Below, one piece after another: positions 22,201-29,642 of a stretch of DNA of 64,000 nt (within the stretch, counting starts at the first letter, position 1; each line of letters opens with the position of its first letter). The translations under genes and the position numbers were made by a program. Source of the stretch: an uncultured Pseudomonadota bacterium (GTDB lineage: Bacteria; Pseudomonadota; Alphaproteobacteria; Rs-D84); assembly GCA_902795435.1 (NCBI GenBank), contig CADBLE010000008.1:28028-92027 (forward strand), read 5' to 3'. The notes under the pieces were generated by a model. The model ran no database searches, was not told the DNA's origin, and worked only from the letters and a program-made list of their open reading frames with translations.

Positions 22201-22552
22201 ATATTGCAACGGCCCCAAAATCGCCTGCGGTATTATATACAAAATAACTGCTATCTATTGATACAGAATAATTACCAGTTTGTTTTTTAAAAGCGGTCAA
22301 ACTGTTATCATATAATGCACCTGCGGCACCACCTGTGTTATTTTTTATCTCGCTGTTTTTTATAATTAATTTATTATTAGATAAAATTGCACCACCAGTT
22401 GCAGAATTAGAAATATCTTTTATCTGAACACCATCAAAAGTATAATCTTCTTGTAAAACCTGCCGTTCATTAATTTCTGTATAATCATCCGCCATTGCAG
22501 GCAACACCAATAATGCAGGTAATATGGAAATCAATTTGAAAATTTTATTCAT
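19280..22552 (-). CDS. Pmp-type (polymorphic outer membrane protein repeat) autotransporter
   Basis: Signal peptide. At least 12 FxxN...GGAI(Y) repeat pairs, e.g. FSKNDANMGGAIYN, FTNNSASANGGAIYN. C-terminal beta-barrel ends ...RIKWRYNF. Confidence 0.85.
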   Translation of the reverse strand: MNKIFKLISILPALLVLPAMADDYTEINERQVLQEDYTFDGVQIKDISNSATGGAILSNNKLIIKNSEIKNNTGGAAGALYDNSLTAFKKQTGNYSVSIDSSYFVYNTAGDFGAVAIFSPNSLVSNSQFAHNKATANYANLGDGAGALMLGSESQTVVYRVSFDSNESGTVGGAIATRPINYWLDTNYSGKGTNSSAGAKVDITYSQFFNNVAGTRGGAFFNSFYNSKAKEGYAYVSDSTFVSNRADKGGAVFVEGWTDSDGGNAKLWIDNSTFSKNDANMGGAIYNESELVIKDTRNYKTSGFAFKENTATKGGAIYNAGTLEIENASFHLNTATGNSGAIAQHDVNSVLKLKNVNFVENSADWGGAMVARGNVDINGGSFEGNSSNDGGGAIYLATLINKGHKLSIDGTTFINNSTAGVDLDGGGAIGSFSDLVLKNAKFNGNHVDGLASNGGGAIFMGSVSTNDLSNVEFNSNTSATNGGAISMRFVDLGNNKDATLDIANTKFIGNHADNFGGAIYNTLHNDKNDSGFVSISDTSFNSNTALNGGAIYNETYGTTDQIGGNISLSNVKFTNNSASANGGAIYNAGTLVLSGTNEFSGNKAQNSANDIYNVGDLTIANGTTTIDGGIAGAGDLTIADGSTLNIGSAKINQNNITLNGTLIADLFADGDAFLTATQSFEGDGNLSVAVEKVGTYNIFGDKVFANAKNQITSSVFDLTWSVDGKSFDASLKSADKIVEDTGAAKETVNTVLNIASSDSEQLKDLSIKMQEKLATHSKDDIAAVEDATKSVHPETESVVQSVATSVQTTVGNLAATRMSLPTIGRAGGDIKPTGAGFWANGLYNYTNQKDSFDGYTRGFAIGMDGVFNKVVTVGTGYSYSHSDIDSAHRDTEIDSYTMFVYGQYKPNQWYANAVLNYTISQYSETGSALGIGVKSDYDVHSFGGRIATGYDLANGVTPELGLRYTHIDADDYKNNLGVKHSLKDTDYMTLTLGGKYTRNFNTKHTHISFAPEFHGLLKYDVMSDDQVAVVTMPGVNSYSISGDKLSRFGAEFGVGLTMRYYNADWTLDYDLDVRDEYISHTGRIKWRYNF

Positions 22553-22652
22553 GTGAAGACTCCTTGTTCCTATTCATATAAAATTATTACAACAAAAAAT
22601 TTGTGTTTTCAAGTTTTTATGTATATATACAAACAAGATTGTTTTCACAAAA

Positions 22653-23375
22653 TTATTTTGCGTTTTTGCGCATATATAATTTTGTATATTCTTCTAATAA
22701 AGATGTTCTTAAAAAACTGTTATGAATTTTTCCGTATGTAAAACATTTATGATAATCACCAAATGAAGTTCCTTCCCAATCTATAAACGCCTTTATTTTA
22801 AGTGTCTTTTCATCCATCATAAAATTATACCACAAATCATTTTGGCACCAACCATGCATGAAAGACGGTTTTTCATTTTTATTTGGTTTCAAATCACGAA
22901 TCTCTTTTGGGTCTGCCGTTCCAATTTCATACAGAAATTTAGCCAATTGGGTTGTTATAATTTTTGCATATTTTTGTTTTTCTTCCTTGGTAAAAGATTC
23001 CAATGTTCGCCCACCAACAAATTCATATTTACGAACCGCCATATTGTTCCAATTTATAATTTCCATTTTTGGAATTTTTATAGAAGATATTGGACGCAAA
23101 GCATCTGTAACTCTTTTTTCGTGTTCTGCGGCTGCGATACCATTTGATTTTACAGGAAATTTAAACACAAATTTTTTATCAACGATAACAACGAAATTAT
23201 GACACCCATATCCAATCGCAGTTTTTATTTTTGGGTGTTTTTGATTACTGAAAGATTTTGCAAATTTCAACATATTATGCATTAAACGCCAATGATTCAA
23301 ACGCATACGAACACGATTACGTGTATTGTGTCCTGGAATAAAACCACAAATAATATTAACTATAATTTTTTTCAT
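22653..23375 (-). CDS. Phosphotransferase (APH/choline-kinase-like) family protein, tandem paralog 1
   Basis: QNDLWYNF (Brenner-like xNDLxxxN) and FIDWEGTSFGD, cf. LicA/APH HNDLxxxN...IDWE. The N-terminus ICGFIPGHNTRNRVR is common in polysaccharide-modifying enzymes. Confidence 0.5.
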   Translation of the reverse strand: MKKIIVNIICGFIPGHNTRNRVRMRLNHWRLMHNMLKFAKSFSNQKHPKIKTAIGYGCHNFVVIVDKKFVFKFPVKSNGIAAAEHEKRVTDALRPISSIKIPKMEIINWNNMAVRKYEFVGGRTLESFTKEEKQKYAKIITTQLAKFLYEIGTADPKEIRDLKPNKNEKPSFMHGWCQNDLWYNFMMDEKTLKIKAFIDWEGTSFGDYHKCFTYGKIHNSFLRTSLLEEYTKLYMRKNAK

Positions 23376-24110
23376 TTATTTGCCCTGATTTTTAAAATAA
23401 AGACGTGCATATTCTTCCATTATATCTACAACAATATATCTGTAACCAAATTTATCCCAATTGTGTGACGCGACATATAAACCATCTTTAAGAGTTTTGA
23501 ATTCAGTTAATTCCCAATCTATAAAGAAAGTTATATTGAATTTATCATCCAGCATAAAATTCTGCCAAATATCACCCTGGTTCCAACCATATAAAAATCC
23601 AGGTTTTTCGTTTTTATTTGGTTTCAAATCACGAATTTCTTTTGGGTCTGATTTTGCAACAACATATAAAAAATTAGCAATCTGTTTTGCAATATGATTA
23701 CGGTGCTGTGCGATAACACCTGGTTTTATATCGGTCAATAATTTCCCAGTTGCAAATTCATATTTACGAATATAAATGTTTTTATATGGTATAACCTTCA
23801 TCAACGGAATCTTTATCGGCGAAATTCCATAGAACGCATCAACAATACGTTTTTCACGCGCAGCAACTTCGCGTCCATCATTTAACAACGGAAATTTGAA
23901 AACATGTTTATTATTCAAAATCACAACAAAATTTTTACAGCCATACCCGACGGTTGTCTTGATTTTGCATTGTTTCATATTTTTAGCAAAATTACGAACA
24001 TAGCGAACATATTCACGTGTTTGCGGATATCGAATCATAGTGCGGACTTTGTCCCGCAAAGATTTACTCCAAATAAAACCACAAACAATATTAGAAATTA
24101 AATGACGCAT
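23376..24110 (-). CDS. Phosphotransferase (APH/choline-kinase-like) family protein, tandem paralog 2
   Basis: Colinear with 22653-23375 (QGDIWQNF, FIDWELTEF). Its stop TAA abuts the downstream ATG, giving TAAATG. Confidence 0.5.
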   Translation of the reverse strand: MRHLISNIVCGFIWSKSLRDKVRTMIRYPQTREYVRYVRNFAKNMKQCKIKTTVGYGCKNFVVILNNKHVFKFPLLNDGREVAAREKRIVDAFYGISPIKIPLMKVIPYKNIYIRKYEFATGKLLTDIKPGVIAQHRNHIAKQIANFLYVVAKSDPKEIRDLKPNKNEKPGFLYGWNQGDIWQNFMLDDKFNITFFIDWELTEFKTLKDGLYVASHNWDKFGYRYIVVDIMEEYARLYFKNQGK

Positions 24111-24211
24111 AAATATACCTCGATATGAAATATATCATAAGACATTTTTCCCAACTATGCAAAGAAAAGTTTTGTTTAACAAAAAAACACCCACATGGGG
24201 TGTTTGAATTC

Positions 24212-24245
24212 TTGATTGGGGCAGCTGATTGTAATTCCCAACACT
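24212..24245 (-). pseudogene. tRNA-Gln 3'-half fragment (acceptor plus T-arm remnant)
   Basis: TTGATTGGGGCAGCTGATTGTAATTCCCAACACT aligns with the 3' half of the intact tRNA at 24366-24397 (TTGGTTGGGGCAGCTGGATTCGAACCAACACT). Confidence 0.6.
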
Positions 24246-24331
24246 TTGTGTTGGGCCCCTTTCACTCTGCTTTGCTTCGTCCCGAACCAAATCAACTTTG
24301 TTGAATTGTTGAACCATCGCACCACAGAACC

Positions 24332-24359
24332 AAAAATTGAACCGCCACTTCGGGCGGTT
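24332..24359 (-). terminator. Terminator immediately after tRNA-Gln
   Basis: Stem AACCGCC (24340-24346) / GGCGGTT (24353-24359); AAAAATT on the plus side gives a T-run on the minus strand. Confidence 0.55.
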
Positions 24360-24366
24360 AAATCTT

Positions 24367-24440
24367 TGGTTGGGGCAGCTGGATTCGAACCAACACTAGC
24401 GGAGTCAGAGTCCGATGTTCTACCATTAAACTATGCCCCA
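24367..24440 (-). tRNA. tRNA-Gln (anticodon CUG), CCA encoded
   Basis: Manual cloverleaf of 74 nt. Acceptor TGGGGCA/TGCCCCA, D-arm GTTT-AATGGTA-GAAC, anticodon loop CTCTGAC, T-arm GTTGG-TTCGAAT-CCAGC, discriminator A plus CCA. The U1-A72 pair is typical of bacterial tRNA-Gln. Confidence 0.9.
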
Positions 24441-24475
24441 ATGCGAAATACATTATATATTTATTCTTTTTAATT

Positions 24476-25201
24476 TCAATCAAATATTTTCAGATTCTTA
24501 AATTTATCATGTGTGGCGTTTTCTATTAAAACTATGTCTTTTTCATTTGCCCATTGTTTTGCCAATTCGTATGGAACGATATCGTCACGACCACCAACAA
24601 AATGAGTTTGTTTTATTTTTGGTAATTGTTTCATATTTAACGAAGCATCTAATTTTGTATCCCCGAAATGCTGTGTCCATTTTTCGTGGTCTAATACACC
24701 CGCAATTGTGACCCATTGTTTAATTGGTAAATTTTTATTTTGTTCTATGACCAAACCAGACACCAAAGCCCCACCAGAATAACCGATTAAAACAATATCC
24801 CTGCCCCGCGATATTTGTTTTATCACAGACGACACAGAATCTATAATTTTTTGTGAAAACCGACCATTTGTCCAATCTGATACAGTGCAATTTTTATCCA
24901 TTATAAATTGACATGGACGCGCAATATAAACCACATTATCAAAATCGTCATTAAACGCAATTTCCCGCAAAGTTGTTGATTGTGGTGTTGGGTCAAAACT
25001 TGGGCGACCATATACATCAAATGCGTGTCCATCACCTTCTATATAAATATGCAGAATATTATTTTTTGGGCTGTTTATTTTTTGCCATGTTGCGATTTCA
25101 TAGTTTTGTGTTTTTATATCTTGTCTGACAAAATCATTTGGAACAAATATGCTTTGCCCGACACACGCAGATAATAAAAAGAAAAATAAAATCTTTCTCA
25201 T
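24476..25201 (-). CDS. Alpha/beta hydrolase lipoprotein
   Basis: Lipobox LLSAC; nucleophile elbow GYSGG. Confidence 0.6.
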   Translation of the reverse strand: MRKILFFFLLSACVGQSIFVPNDFVRQDIKTQNYEIATWQKINSPKNNILHIYIEGDGHAFDVYGRPSFDPTPQSTTLREIAFNDDFDNVVYIARPCQFIMDKNCTVSDWTNGRFSQKIIDSVSSVIKQISRGRDIVLIGYSGGALVSGLVIEQNKNLPIKQWVTIAGVLDHEKWTQHFGDTKLDASLNMKQLPKIKQTHFVGGRDDIVPYELAKQWANEKDIVLIENATHDKFKNLKIFD

Positions 25202-25324
25202 AACAATATAATGACATTTTTAATTTCTAAATTCAATCTGACAAATCAAAACGTGCAAAAGATTTTTTTTTATGTTATAATTCGCAATGTCATATACAGA
25301 CAATTTAACAAAAGGAAAAATATC

Positions 25325-26563
25325 ATGAAAATTAAACCATTTGCAGGCGTTCGCCCACCAAAAGAATTGGCCAGCGAAGTTGCTTCGCGTCCTTATGATG
25401 TGCTGAATTCAGAAGAAGCCAAGGCCGAAGCCGGTGAAAAATCTTTACTGCACATTATCAAACCTGAAATAGATTTTGACCCTATTGCAGATGAACACGA
25501 ACAAAGAACTTATGACAAAGCGGTTGAAAATTTCAAGAAATGGCAAGATAACGGTTGGCTGGTCCAAGATGAAAAAGAAATGTATTACATCTATGCACAA
25601 ACAATGGACGGCCGCACACAATATGGTTTGGTTGCTGCTGCAAATGTTGATGATTATATGACTGGAAAAATCAAGAAACATGAATTGACTCGCAAAGACA
25701 AAGAAGACGACCGTATGATTCACGTTCGTATTCAAAATGCGAATTTGGAACCTGTGTTTTTTGCATATCCAGACGTTGAAGAAATGAATAAAATCGTTGA
25801 AAACATTGTTAAAAATCAAAAGCCAGAATATGATTATATCGCTCCAGATGGCTTTGGCCACACTTTCTGGAAAATCGAAGATGACGCAATAAACGCACGT
25901 ATCACAGAAATTTTTGCAAATGTTCCTGCGTTTTATGTTGCAGACGGTCACCACAGAACCGCTGCCGCCGCACGTGTGGGTGCTGAAAAACGCGAACAAA
26001 ATCCAAACCATACCGGAAACGAAGAATACAATTATTTCTTGGCTGTGATATTCCCAGAAAGCCAATTAAAAGTTATTGACTATAACCGCGTGGTCAAAGA
26101 TTTGAATGGACTTAGCAAAGAAGAATTTTTATCAAAATTGTCTGAATCTTTTGACGTCGTTGAAATGGGTTCTGAAATTTACCACCCAACAAAATTGCAT
26201 AATTTTGCAATGTATCTGGACGGCAAATGGTATTCTTTGACCGCAAAGGCGGGAACATATAACGACAACGACCCAATCGGCGTTTTGGACGTAACCGTAT
26301 TATCAAATTTGATATTTGATAAAATATTAAATTTGGGTGATTTGCGCACATCAAAACGTATAGATTTCGTTGGTGGAATTCGTGGTTTGGGCGAATTACA
26401 AAAACGCGTAGATTCTGGTGAAATGGCGGTTGCATTTGCATTATATCCGGTAACAATGCGTCAAATCATAGATATCGCAGACACCGGCAACATTATGCCA
26501 CCAAAGACAACTTGGTTTGAACCAAAATTGCGCAGCGGTTTGGTAATTCACAAATTGTCATAA
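25325..26563 (+). CDS. DUF1015 family protein
   Basis: Start trimmed to MKIKPFAGVRPP; internal ADGHHR motif typical of DUF1015. Confidence 0.75.
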   Translation: MKIKPFAGVRPPKELASEVASRPYDVLNSEEAKAEAGEKSLLHIIKPEIDFDPIADEHEQRTYDKAVENFKKWQDNGWLVQDEKEMYYIYAQTMDGRTQYGLVAAANVDDYMTGKIKKHELTRKDKEDDRMIHVRIQNANLEPVFFAYPDVEEMNKIVENIVKNQKPEYDYIAPDGFGHTFWKIEDDAINARITEIFANVPAFYVADGHHRTAAAARVGAEKREQNPNHTGNEEYNYFLAVIFPESQLKVIDYNRVVKDLNGLSKEEFLSKLSESFDVVEMGSEIYHPTKLHNFAMYLDGKWYSLTAKAGTYNDNDPIGVLDVTVLSNLIFDKILNLGDLRTSKRIDFVGGIRGLGELQKRVDSGEMAVAFALYPVTMRQIIDIADTGNIMPPKTTWFEPKLRSGLVIHKLS

Positions 26564-26583
26564 AAAAATAAAAGCAACAAAAA

Positions 26584-26606
26584 ACGCCCAATCGGGCGTT
26601 TTTTTT
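26584..26606 (+). terminator. Terminator after the DUF1015 gene
   Basis: Stem ACGCCC (26584-26589) / GGGCGT (26594-26599) followed by a T-run. Confidence 0.75.
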
Positions 26607-26636
26607 ATATCGCGACGGAGTGAAACAGAGAGGGTT

Positions 26637-26757
26637 CCGATTCCATTTGTCATCCCGAGGAATAAAATACAACAACCCATGTTGTTGATTTTATGACGTG
26701 GGGATCCAGAATATCTTTAAGCGTTCGGGTTTTAACCGAACCACATATTACAATTTG
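26637..26757. repeat. Intergenic repeat module, copy B (first copy at 15640-15754)
   Basis: Near-identical to copy A apart from a 6-nt insertion (GGGGAT) and a few substitutions. Confidence 0.85.
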
Positions 26758-26899
26758 TATCGGCATTCTGCCGAAACTTTTATAACCTGGATTGCCACAT
26801 TCGTATTGCGACGAACATGGTCGCCGACAATACTCATTCGCAATGACAAAATGGAGTGTAGCGGAGACGGACCATCGCGACGGAGTGAAACGAAGACGG

Positions 26900-26927
26900 A
26901 AAAAAAACACCCCGTTGAAACGGGGTG
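26900..26927 (-). terminator. Terminator of surface-protein paralog B
   Basis: Stem CACCCCG (26908-26914) / CGGGGTG (26921-26927) with an A-run on the plus side; homologous to 15972-15998. Confidence 0.7.
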
Positions 26928-26996
26928 CAAAGGAAAAGGGAGAGATGCCCCTTTATCGGGACGGACACAACCCCGCCCCAATCTCGTTTAACAACA

Positions 26997-28232
26997 TTAC
27001 CCGTTATTGCCGGTTGTTGTTTGTTCTGGTGCACTGAAACGCCAGCCACGGAATGTTTTACCTTTCTTGGTTGCCGCTTTGACTGGGGTTCTGACGTCGC
27101 TGCCATATGTAGCGGTTCCGGCATTGTTTGCGGATATATCCGCTGCACTTGCATCCGACCAATTAATTGTAATTGTATTCGCTTCACATGATGCCAAACC
27201 ACCAGTTCCGGTTGCAGAACCGACCAACGCAGCACGGAACGCGAGGTTGGTCGGGTCCGAGTTATTCATGCCGCTCACACAGGCTCTAGCGCAGCTGTCC
27301 GCACAATTCGACGCGCTGTTGTAGCTGTTGTAGCTGTTGTAGAACACCCAAGGGGAGAGCACCGCTTGCAAGGTTCCACCATTCGGTGTATAGCCCGTCA
27401 CATTACAATAACAATTTGATGCGCCCTCTTGTCCCGTTTCGTCTGTTAAACTGCTTACAAAATGGTCAGATTCAAATGTATTATTATTGTAAGACCATTT
27501 ATTTGCTACACCACGTGTGCTACAACGGGCCTGACCAATCAACATACCCTTGGATGAACCGTAATCTACCACCCATGTGTTATTATCGCTTATGCCATAA
27601 TAACTTTGTTCTTGATGTACAACAACTTTACTGTCTTCACTGAAAGAACCGTTGTTGTTTATAGATGCACCCGCACCGGTGCCTGTACCAATTGCGGTTG
27701 CTAATTCACTGCTACTTATTCCTGATTTCAGATGCCATCCGTTTTCACAATCTGTTGCGCCACATTGGTTATTATCACCATAATAATAGCCACCCGTTAC
27801 GCCCGCAGAATGTTCTACATCCGCCGTTGTACATGTTCTGTAACAATCGTTTTGTGAATCAGAACCCGCTGCGGATAATGCGTATATACCGTCTGTCGCG
27901 GTGGAACATGAATTTATACCCTGGTCTGCGTTTTCATTATACAATGCATTTGTTAACCCAGGGCACCAAGAACCCGCTGGACATTGTGTTCCGTTTGTTG
28001 CGTCAGAACCAGCCGCCAAATAATTACCAGCGACGATATTATACAAGATATCTGTATATTCTGCGACCGCGTTTACGGTTCCCGAATATACACCGTCCAT
28101 ATTTGTTGATGTTGCCGCATTATCGTATGTTTTGTTTTCCTGCATATATCCGTTTGATGGAAACGTTTCCGCCATTGCAGGTAACACAAACCCCATTGCA
28201 AATGCACTGGTTAAAAATATATTCTTTTTCAT
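26997..28232 (-). CDS. Secreted Cys-rich surface protein paralog B, with C-terminal Flg_new-like domain
   Basis: Signal peptide MKKNIFLTSAFAMGFVLPAMA. The N-terminal block ETFPSNGYMQENKTYDNAATSTNMDGVY and the C-terminal block ASCEANTITINWS...GKTFRGWRFSAPEQTTT are shared with 16067-17281; the core is diverged. Confidence 0.75.
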   Translation of the reverse strand: MKKNIFLTSAFAMGFVLPAMAETFPSNGYMQENKTYDNAATSTNMDGVYSGTVNAVAEYTDILYNIVAGNYLAAGSDATNGTQCPAGSWCPGLTNALYNENADQGINSCSTATDGIYALSAAGSDSQNDCYRTCTTADVEHSAGVTGGYYYGDNNQCGATDCENGWHLKSGISSSELATAIGTGTGAGASINNNGSFSEDSKVVVHQEQSYYGISDNNTWVVDYGSSKGMLIGQARCSTRGVANKWSYNNNTFESDHFVSSLTDETGQEGASNCYCNVTGYTPNGGTLQAVLSPWVFYNSYNSYNSASNCADSCARACVSGMNNSDPTNLAFRAALVGSATGTGGLASCEANTITINWSDASAADISANNAGTATYGSDVRTPVKAATKKGKTFRGWRFSAPEQTTTGNNG

Positions 28233-28256
28233 GTTTTTCCTTCCTTTGTTTGTTAA

Positions 28257-28302
28257 ATAAAAAAAACAGACAAATAACGTCATAAACGTTATTTGTCTGT
28301 TT
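28257..28302 (-). promoter_or_regulatory. Terminator-like hairpin in the 5' leader of paralog B
   Basis: 17-bp stem 28264-28280 / 28286-28302, identical in sequence to the cassette A stem; only the loop differs. Confidence 0.6.
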
Positions 28303-28310
28303 TCATATTC

Positions 28311-28329
28311 GCGTGAATACAATTCACGC
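28311..28329. promoter_or_regulatory. Palindrome GCGTGAAT-ACA-ATTCACGC upstream of paralog B
   Basis: Perfect 8-bp arms; a covarying counterpart of 17358-17376. Confidence 0.5.
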
Positions 28330-28354
28330 AATTTATACACGCAACGAAACTATC

Positions 28355-28374
28355 TGTGTGTGTGTGTGTGTGTG
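28355..28374. repeat. (TG)10 dinucleotide microsatellite upstream of paralog B
   Basis: Direct count of 10 TG units; same flanks (AACGAAACTATC...TAGAAAACT) as the (TG)15 tract at 17433-17462. Confidence 0.95.
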
Positions 28375-28388
28375 TAGAAAACTAGCAC

Positions 28389-28418
28389 AAAAAAACACCG
28401 ACAAAAAAATGTCGGTGT
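28389..28418 (-). terminator. Terminator after ssb
   Basis: Stem ACACCGAC (28395-28402) / GTCGGTGT (28411-28418) with flanking A and T runs. Confidence 0.7.
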
Positions 28419-28439
28419 TTTTTATAAAAGATGAGATCT

Positions 28440-28898
28440 TTAGAATGGAATTTCATCATCACCCATATCGACGACACCTTCTTCTGGTTTATATTCGTCG
28501 TGTGATGGTTGTGCACCACCCGATTGTTCAGAACCAGATACAGATTTTGCACCCGCCAAAATAACCATCTGGCCAGAATATGGATTCAATACAACTTCTG
28601 TTGTTCTGATATCTGCACCTTCTTGGTTTTGCCATTTACGTGTGCGCAGTGAACCTTCCAAATACAGTTTTGTACCCTTTTGCAACAAACGTTCTGCAAT
28701 ATCTACCAATGATGGGTTAAATATAACGATATTGTGCCATTCTGTTTGTTCTTTCTGTTCACCAGATTGTCTGTCGCGCCATCTTTCAGATGTTGCCAAT
28801 GAAAAAGTAACTACCTTTTGACCATTTTGGGTTTGGCGAATATTTGGTTCTTGACCGATATTACCAACCAAAATAACTTTATTTATAGAACCTGCCAT
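28440..28898 (-). CDS. ssb: Single-stranded DNA-binding protein
   Basis: OB-fold N-terminus INKVILVGNIGQEP; acidic C-terminal tip DDEIPF. Confidence 0.95.
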   Translation of the reverse strand: MAGSINKVILVGNIGQEPNIRQTQNGQKVVTFSLATSERWRDRQSGEQKEQTEWHNIVIFNPSLVDIAERLLQKGTKLYLEGSLRTRKWQNQEGADIRTTEVVLNPYSGQMVILAGAKSVSGSEQSGGAQPSHDEYKPEEGVVDMGDDEIPF

Positions 28899-28987
28899 TT
28901 TTTCTTCCTTTGTTAAATCTGTTTATATCATGGCGAATTTTTTTGATAAAAACAAGAAAAAAAGAAAGGGGTTTTTACACCCCTTTT

Positions 28988-29554
28988 TTATCCTTCGTCA
29001 TCTTCGCCATCATCATCTTCTTCGTCTTCGTCAATGGCGTTCAAATCTATTTCTTTTGGCACACCCAAAATATCTTCTATTTTATCGGATGCGGCGTCTA
29101 AATCCATTTTATGCAATACGGCAAATTCTTGGGCCATACGTTCCAACGCACGCAAATATAATTGACGTGCAGAAAATGTCATTGTATCTGTTGTTGAACG
29201 ACGTTGCAGGTCACGAACCACCTCTGCCAATTTCATTGGGTCGCCAGAATTTATGTTTTCTTCGTATTGTGCGGCACGTCTTGCCCAAATCATACGTTTG
29301 GCACCCGCCTTGCCCTTTGCCGAAGCGATTGCTTCGTCCATTTTTTTGACACTTGACAATGGGCGCAACCCAGATAATTCAGCACGTTCCAATGGAACAC
29401 GCAAAGTCATATGATTTCTTTCAAAATCTATGACCATCATTTTAATCTTTTGATCACCGATTGTTTGTTCTTCTACACGCAATAATTTTCCAACACCCTG
29501 GGTTGGATAAACAACATATTGTCCAGATTTAAAATCAAGTTTTTTTGTTGGCAT
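28988..29554 (-). CDS. carD: CarD/CdnL family transcriptional regulator
   Basis: N-terminal FKSGQYVVYPTQGVGKLL (CarD_CdnL_TRCF domain); acidic C-terminal tail. Confidence 0.8.
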   Translation of the reverse strand: MPTKKLDFKSGQYVVYPTQGVGKLLRVEEQTIGDQKIKMMVIDFERNHMTLRVPLERAELSGLRPLSSVKKMDEAIASAKGKAGAKRMIWARRAAQYEENINSGDPMKLAEVVRDLQRRSTTDTMTFSARQLYLRALERMAQEFAVLHKMDLDAASDKIEDILGVPKEIDLNAIDEDEEDDDGEDDEG

Positions 29555-29642
29555 ATCTTAAACACCTTTTATGGTTGCCATTCTCTCATCTCAATGGTGA
29601 TTATAGCACAAATTTACGAAAAAACAAATCTATCGTGCAAAT

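Noticed and set aside
24216-24473. 85-aa plus-strand ORF overlapping tRNA-Gln
   Set aside because: It runs antisense through a well-folding tRNA and its terminator, so it is spurious.
28930-29349. 139-aa plus-strand ORF opposite carD
   Set aside because: It is antisense to a well-supported CarD/CdnL gene and has Arg/Leu/His-rich shadow composition.
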